Shown piece by piece: positions 59,727-64,000 of a stretch of DNA of 64,000 bases. The position numbers and the translations under genes are program-made. Location of the stretch: contig JBFMAY010000017.1 of assembly GCA_040755455.1 (NCBI GenBank), positions 10,580-74,579 on the forward strand. The letters are read 5' to 3'. The number at the start of each line of letters is the position of its first letter. Positions within the stretch are counted from its first letter, which is position 1. Source of the DNA: Thermodesulfobacteriota bacterium. GTDB lineage: Bacteria > Desulfobacterota > Desulfobulbia > Desulfobulbales > SURF-16. The notes beneath the pieces were generated by a model. That model saw only the letters and a program-made list of their open reading frames with translations, was not told where the DNA came from and did not search any database.

Positions 59727-60386
59727 GGATGGACATATACTCACCGGGGCAAGACCCCCGTAAAAGAATTTCTGACCGATCAGGTCAACTGCGAAAACGA
59801 GCATGGCAGGTGTACGTTGCTGGACATCGCCATCGTCAAGATGCGGACGGCCTACATGGCGGTTGAAATTATCCGGCGCGACACGGCCACCAACGGACTG
59901 GACCCCGCGACCCGCAAGGTTGTCGCTTTCGTCTTTCTGCTGGATTACCGGCCGAGCGATCCGGACTACGACATGGGCTACAAGGACATGGACGAATCCG
60001 TGGGGCCATACGAAATCGAATGCCCCGAGAGGATTCTGAAACTCCTCACCCCGACCGACCAGGAGTATGCCGTGCAATGGCGGCAGCGCTGTTGGGACAA
60101 CATCGCCAGAAAGAAGTCATTCAGGCTGGTCAAGGACGCGGTCATCGAGACTCGTCCTATTTCCTTTCAGGACGGCAGGACGCGATCCCGCTTCAGGGTC
60201 GTCAGCCTCAGGCCGCTCCGGCTGCTCTGCCTAGACACCCGGATAATCTGCAAGGTATCGCGGAGCATGTTGCGAAACATGGTCAAAACTCCGGAAACCT
60301 CTTCCTCATCAACCACATCCCGGGCCGAGAAAACGTCCCCAAAGCGGGAGCGCTTTTCACAGTCCCGGGAAAGGAGCGCGATATGA
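59724..60386 (+). CDS. mobile-element hypothetical protein (DUF6927-like)
   Basis: MGW...GYKDMDESVGPYEIECPERIL..LTP...WR..C. Confidence 0.65.
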   Translation: MGWTYTHRGKTPVKEFLTDQVNCENEHGRCTLLDIAIVKMRTAYMAVEIIRRDTATNGLDPATRKVVAFVFLLDYRPSDPDYDMGYKDMDESVGPYEIECPERILKLLTPTDQEYAVQWRQRCWDNIARKKSFRLVKDAVIETRPISFQDGRTRSRFRVVSLRPLRLLCLDTRIICKVSRSMLRNMVKTPETSSSSTTSRAEKTSPKRERFSQSRERSAI

Positions 60387-61015
60387 TCAATACCATGCTT
60401 GATGAAATCATCGAAGGGCTGCAGGAAAGGTCGGGCGACATCTTCTACGACTTTCACGAGTTCGGCGATGTCGATGCAAACGACAATCCCGTCGATTTGG
60501 CCGATGCCAACGCGGAGCCCGGGCGATACCAATCGTCCATCGAAAAACTTTGTGTGGCAGCCGAAGGCGCGGAAAAGATCCTGCAGGCGCTCAAGGCCCG
60601 GCCGGATCTTGCCTGGAAGCTCTTCACCGAAGAGAATCAATCAATGAAAACGGCGGAGCATCCGCCAGTGCCGCAGGACGAATTCGATATCACCCCCGGA
60701 CCCTGGACGGTGGAATCACATCCGGACACGGAAGGCGCTTACATCGTCAAGGAGGCCCGTTACGAGCAACAGACCTGGGGCCCCGACGGGTACGATATCT
60801 CCGACCAGGAGGGCGACCGGCGCGATCTGATCGTGGAACGGCGGGACGCAGGTAATGTCCGGCTCATCGCGATTGCGCCCAAGCTTTTCGAGGCGTTCCG
60901 GAAAGTGCTGCTCTTCCCGGATACCGGGAAAGAACAGGCACTCGAAACGCTCAACTCCATCGTACCGGACTGGCAGACTCTCGTCCCGCCAGAAGGAAAG
61001 CGAGGTGAAGCATGA
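60383..61015 (+). CDS. hypothetical protein with a phage-like TPGPW module
   Basis: AAGGAG RBS, ATGA overlap with the upstream stop; TPGPW...NVRLIAIAP. Confidence 0.6.
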   Translation: MINTMLDEIIEGLQERSGDIFYDFHEFGDVDANDNPVDLADANAEPGRYQSSIEKLCVAAEGAEKILQALKARPDLAWKLFTEENQSMKTAEHPPVPQDEFDITPGPWTVESHPDTEGAYIVKEARYEQQTWGPDGYDISDQEGDRRDLIVERRDAGNVRLIAIAPKLFEAFRKVLLFPDTGKEQALETLNSIVPDWQTLVPPEGKRGEA

Positions 61016-61215
61016 ATTCGCGGACTCAAATAGCGGAAACCATCCTGACCGAATACTGCCGGTTAAAAGGCGAACCTCTGGATTGCCACGAGACCGCCAT
61101 AACCGACCTGATGGCCGACTTGATGCACCTGGCCGGGAAAAACGATCTGGACGGATTCGATCTTTCCAGAATGGCCCAGACGCATTTTCTGGTCGAAACC
61201 GAAACGGGTTCATAA
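61012..61215 (+). CDS. small hypothetical protein
   Basis: GAGGTG RBS, ATGA overlap; ITDLMADLMHL. Confidence 0.65.
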   Translation: MNSRTQIAETILTEYCRLKGEPLDCHETAITDLMADLMHLAGKNDLDGFDLSRMAQTHFLVETETGS

Positions 61216-61255
61216 CCGCAAGGATATGGACCAATGACATAACGAGGAAAAATCT

Positions 61256-62296
61256 ATGGCACGATTAGGATCACAGGCAAAGGCCGGCTTTTATCCGACT
61301 CCGGAAAAAGTCAGCGGCCAATTGAAACAATTACTGGATATCGAGCAGGATGCCAGGCTGCTTGACCCCTGCTGCGGCAAGGGCAAGACCTTGGACTTCC
61401 TGGCGGAAGATACCGCCGGCGAATCTTTCGGCATCGAACTCGATCATCAACGTGCTACCGAGGCGCGAGGCAGATTGCCCCATGTGTTATGGGGCGATTC
61501 GCTGGTCGAGATCCGTATCTCACCCGCCTCGTTCGGTCTGCTCTATCTGAACCCGCCCTATGACTATGCAATGGCCCCGGACAGCAAGGCCGAAAGGCTG
61601 GAAGTGCAATTTCTGAAACGGTATCAGAATGTCCTGCAGAAGGACGGCTGGCTGGTGCTGGTCATCCCTTACACCGTCTTGAAATTCTGTGCCGCGGTTC
61701 TAGCACGGCACTTCGAGATGCTGCAGGTCTACGCCTTTCCGGAAGAAGAATTCCAGACGTTCAGGCAGTGCGTGGTTCTGGGCCGCAAACGGCAGCTCGT
61801 CGCAAAGGACCAGGCCATCAAAACCGAACACAGCCTGATCAGGCTCGCAGGTTTGGAACCGGATGAATTTCTGGCAACCATTCCCGAACTTGCCAAATGC
61901 GCTTTTCCCATGACGATTCCGGCACCGGCCGGTCCCTTGAATACCTTCAAGTCCACACGCATAGATCCCCTGGAGGCTGTTCCGCTGGTCCGCAAATGCG
62001 GCCTGCTGAGTGACGTCCTCCACGATCTGACGCCCAGGCCATGCAACTCGATCCGTCCCCTGGCCCCGCTGGAAAACGGCCATTTGGCCCTGCTCCTGGC
62101 GGGCGGTTACATGAACGGTGAGATCGAGCTGGACGGCATACGGCTGGTTATCAAGGGCGTGGTCAGCAAGTCGGAAAAGGTGCAGAGCATCAGCGAAAAC
62201 GCCGCCGGCGACACCACCGTGGTCACCCGCGACCAGTATCTGCCGACGGTCAGGGCCATCGACATGGTAAGGGCACAAATGATGACCATTCAGTAA
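61256..62296 (+). CDS. amino-type DNA methyltransferase-like protein (DUF6094-like)
   Basis: GFYPTP, LDPCCGKG (SAM binding), LYLNPPY. Confidence 0.8.
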   Translation: MARLGSQAKAGFYPTPEKVSGQLKQLLDIEQDARLLDPCCGKGKTLDFLAEDTAGESFGIELDHQRATEARGRLPHVLWGDSLVEIRISPASFGLLYLNPPYDYAMAPDSKAERLEVQFLKRYQNVLQKDGWLVLVIPYTVLKFCAAVLARHFEMLQVYAFPEEEFQTFRQCVVLGRKRQLVAKDQAIKTEHSLIRLAGLEPDEFLATIPELAKCAFPMTIPAPAGPLNTFKSTRIDPLEAVPLVRKCGLLSDVLHDLTPRPCNSIRPLAPLENGHLALLLAGGYMNGEIELDGIRLVIKGVVSKSEKVQSISENAAGDTTVVTRDQYLPTVRAIDMVRAQMMTIQ

Positions 62297-62317
62297 TTCA
62301 TAACCAATTATTCAATC

Positions 62318-62387
62318 AAACCCGTGCAGGGGGAGCATTCCCCGCATGGGGTGTCTCCCCTTGCCATCATAGGAGAGACACACGATG
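62318..62387 (+). promoter_or_regulatory. structured RBS-switch leader, copy 6
   Basis: A GCAGGGGGAG (62326-35); B GTGTCTCCCCTTGC (62351-64); C AGGAGAGACAC (62371-81); outer stem CCCGTGC/GCATGGG. Confidence 0.7.
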
Positions 62388-62954
62388 AACGATTATCTCA
62401 CGGTTCAAAGCAACGGCTTCGTCACTTATTGCGATGCGCTTATCGCGCGGTTCAACGACGAGGCAGCCCAATCATTTTTCTTCAGCCTGATCGGCAGCCC
62501 CGCTCAGGTGCAAGCCACTTCGGCCCATTTCTTCGGCGGCGGCGTGTGCCGGATTTCAGACGCACAGGATACCGTCTTCGAACTGGGACGAGGAAGCGGC
62601 ACCGTCCATTCTATTCGCGCCAAGAAGATCGGCGATACGGTCAACAAGATCATGGTCAGTGCCGACTACTTTCCCGGCACGGCCAAGGGCTCCACCGATG
62701 CGGTCAATGCCGCGGTCATCTTCGGACCGGACATCGATTCCGTCAAGGAGCGGGCCTTTCTGCGTCTCAACGGCAGCACCACCATGCCCTTGAAACCGGA
62801 ATGGCGGGAATGGCTCTGGGACGAGGTCCTGCAACCGGAGAGGCTCTATTCCTTCGGCAACAGACAACTGCGGGAGGCCTGGGCGATAAGCTGGCAGGAA
62901 GAAAATCTCGAAGAACTGGTTCTGGAAGGGATCACGCAAAAATATCTTATCTGA
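62385..62954 (+). CDS. ICE hypothetical protein
   Basis: strong RBS; PLKPEWREWLW motif; lies between methyltransferase and helicase. Confidence 0.7.
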   Translation: MNDYLTVQSNGFVTYCDALIARFNDEAAQSFFFSLIGSPAQVQATSAHFFGGGVCRISDAQDTVFELGRGSGTVHSIRAKKIGDTVNKIMVSADYFPGTAKGSTDAVNAAVIFGPDIDSVKERAFLRLNGSTTMPLKPEWREWLWDEVLQPERLYSFGNRQLREAWAISWQEENLEELVLEGITQKYLI

Positions 62955-62960
62955 TTATAC

Positions 62961-63045
62961 CCATCAACCCACCAAGGGGAGGCAGCATCGATCCCCTCGG
63001 GGGACTCGTGTTGCCTCCTCTTCAAACTCAGGAGGAAACACGATG
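62961..63045 (+). promoter_or_regulatory. structured RBS-switch leader, copy 7
   Basis: A AAGGGGAGGCAGCA (62974-87); B TCGTGTTGCCTCCTCTT (63006-22); C AGGAGGAAACACGA (63030-43). Confidence 0.75.
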
Positions 63046-63873
63046 ACACAGGAAATAGCGTTAGCCGATTTCCTTGATCAATGGGGAGATGTCCTCAAAT
63101 CTCAGGTGATCAAGAACATGAATCCCGTCTATAGGCCCAAGGCCGAAGACGATTGGGACCGACAGGCAAGAGACAAGCTTGCCAGGCTACTCCGGCAACC
63201 ATTCGACGCCCAAATCAGGCGCGGCATTCTGCCGGTGGCCAGGACCCTTTACAAGGAAGATAAAAAAGGGGCCTTCTTGGTCGGCGAAATGGGTACTGGC
63301 AAAACGATCATGAGCCTGGCAATCGCCTCGCTCGATCCGAAGCCGGCCAAGCGGATACTGATCCAGTGTCCGGGCCATCTGGTCAGGAAATGGATCCGGG
63401 AGGCGGAAGAAACCATTGCCGCCTGTACCTGCTATAACCTCAACGACCAGGACATGGCGCTGCTCATTGCCAACAAGCTCGAAATTTCCCGCCCCCTGGG
63501 CACGGAAATCTGGGTGATCGGCAAAGAGCGGGCCAAACTCCACTATCAGCGAAAGCTCGGCACCGTCACCCGCATGGGCGTTGAGTGCTGCCCGGACTGC
63601 GGCAAACCGGTGGAATACCGGGCAACCGACCGGGCTCCGGTCTGCGAACATTGCCAGGGCCGGATGTGGTCGGCCGATCATTCCCGCAACCGGCGCTTTG
63701 CCAAGGCCGAGTTCATCAAACGGTATCTGCCCAAAGGCTTTTTCGATCTGGTCATTCTCGACGAGGTCCATGAGCTGAAAGGCGGCGGCACGGCCCAGGG
63801 CCAAGCGATGTCATGCCTGATCGCCCGTTCCAGGAAAGTCCTTTCCCTTACCGGCACCCTGATGGGCGGCTAT
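63043..63873 (+). CDS. SF2 (SNF2-like/DExH) helicase, 5' exon
   Basis: GEMGTGKT, CPGHLVRKW, CPDC..CEHC, DEVHE, LTGTLMGGY; coding character is lost after codon 277. Confidence 0.8.
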
Positions 63874-64000
63874 GTGCGCCGGGAAGGCGCTTAGTATTTA
63901 GAGTGTGAGATTAAACTCACCAGAATTATTGGAAAATTCTGTGTGCACCCAACTTATCCTTGCCCAGTAATGGGAGTAAGCCTCGAAAGAGGAAGGGGAG
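63874..64000 (+). mobile_element. 5' end of a group II intron (cut off by the window edge)
   Basis: GTGCG exactly at a codon boundary, in-frame stop soon after, GNRA hairpins CCCA-GTAA-TGGG and CCTC-GAAA-GAGG. Confidence 0.75.

Larger units (their letters stand above)
35812..64000. mobile_element. integrative (probably conjugative) element inserted at tRNA-Leu; continues beyond the window
   Basis: integrase next to the tRNA 3' end, HD relaxase, coupling protein, SSB, methyltransferase and helicase module; distal att site and T4SS genes not in the window. Confidence 0.85.

Noticed and set aside
60020..60382. N-terminal 121 aa of the 331-aa track ORF
   Set aside because: It overlaps the 59724-60386 gene; the start with an RBS and ATGA coupling is at 60383.
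63043..63894. Helicase as a simple truncated pseudogene
   Set aside because: The break coincides with GTGCG and intron-like hairpins, so intron insertion explains it better.

Overview
The window has two parts. Positions 1-35.8 kb are core chromosome of an anaerobic deltaproteobacterium; a Desulfobulbales/Desulfobacterota-like host is inferred from gene content. This part carries an Mla lipid-transport operon, a fatty-acid synthesis cluster in which an acyl-CoA dehydrogenase plus a ferredoxin-fused EtfAB sits where fabD usually is, rpiB-glyA-nrdR-rib-nusB, ftsK, a UvrD-family helicase, folC, pfkA, a HesB-like probable selenoprotein, sucCD and tRNA-Leu(UAA). A solitary integron gene cassette with an attC site and a REP doublet interrupt it. 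From about 35.8 kb to the end is an integrative, probably conjugative, element inserted at tRNA-Leu. It carries a tyrosine integrase, HU, an HD relaxase, a coupling protein, a NusA-like protein, an AT-rich nuclease, and efflux and redox cargo (a 10-heme HAO-like protein and a flavodiiron protein). It ends in a DNA-processing operon (Rad52-like annealase, Cas4-like nuclease, SSB, methyltransferase, helicase). The helicase appears to be interrupted by a group II intron at the window edge. The most striking signal is seven sequence-divergent but structurally co-varying leaders in the DNA-processing operon. Each can form two mutually exclusive pairings that hide or expose the ribosome-binding site. 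All calls come from reading motifs by eye; no searches or folding programs were run.
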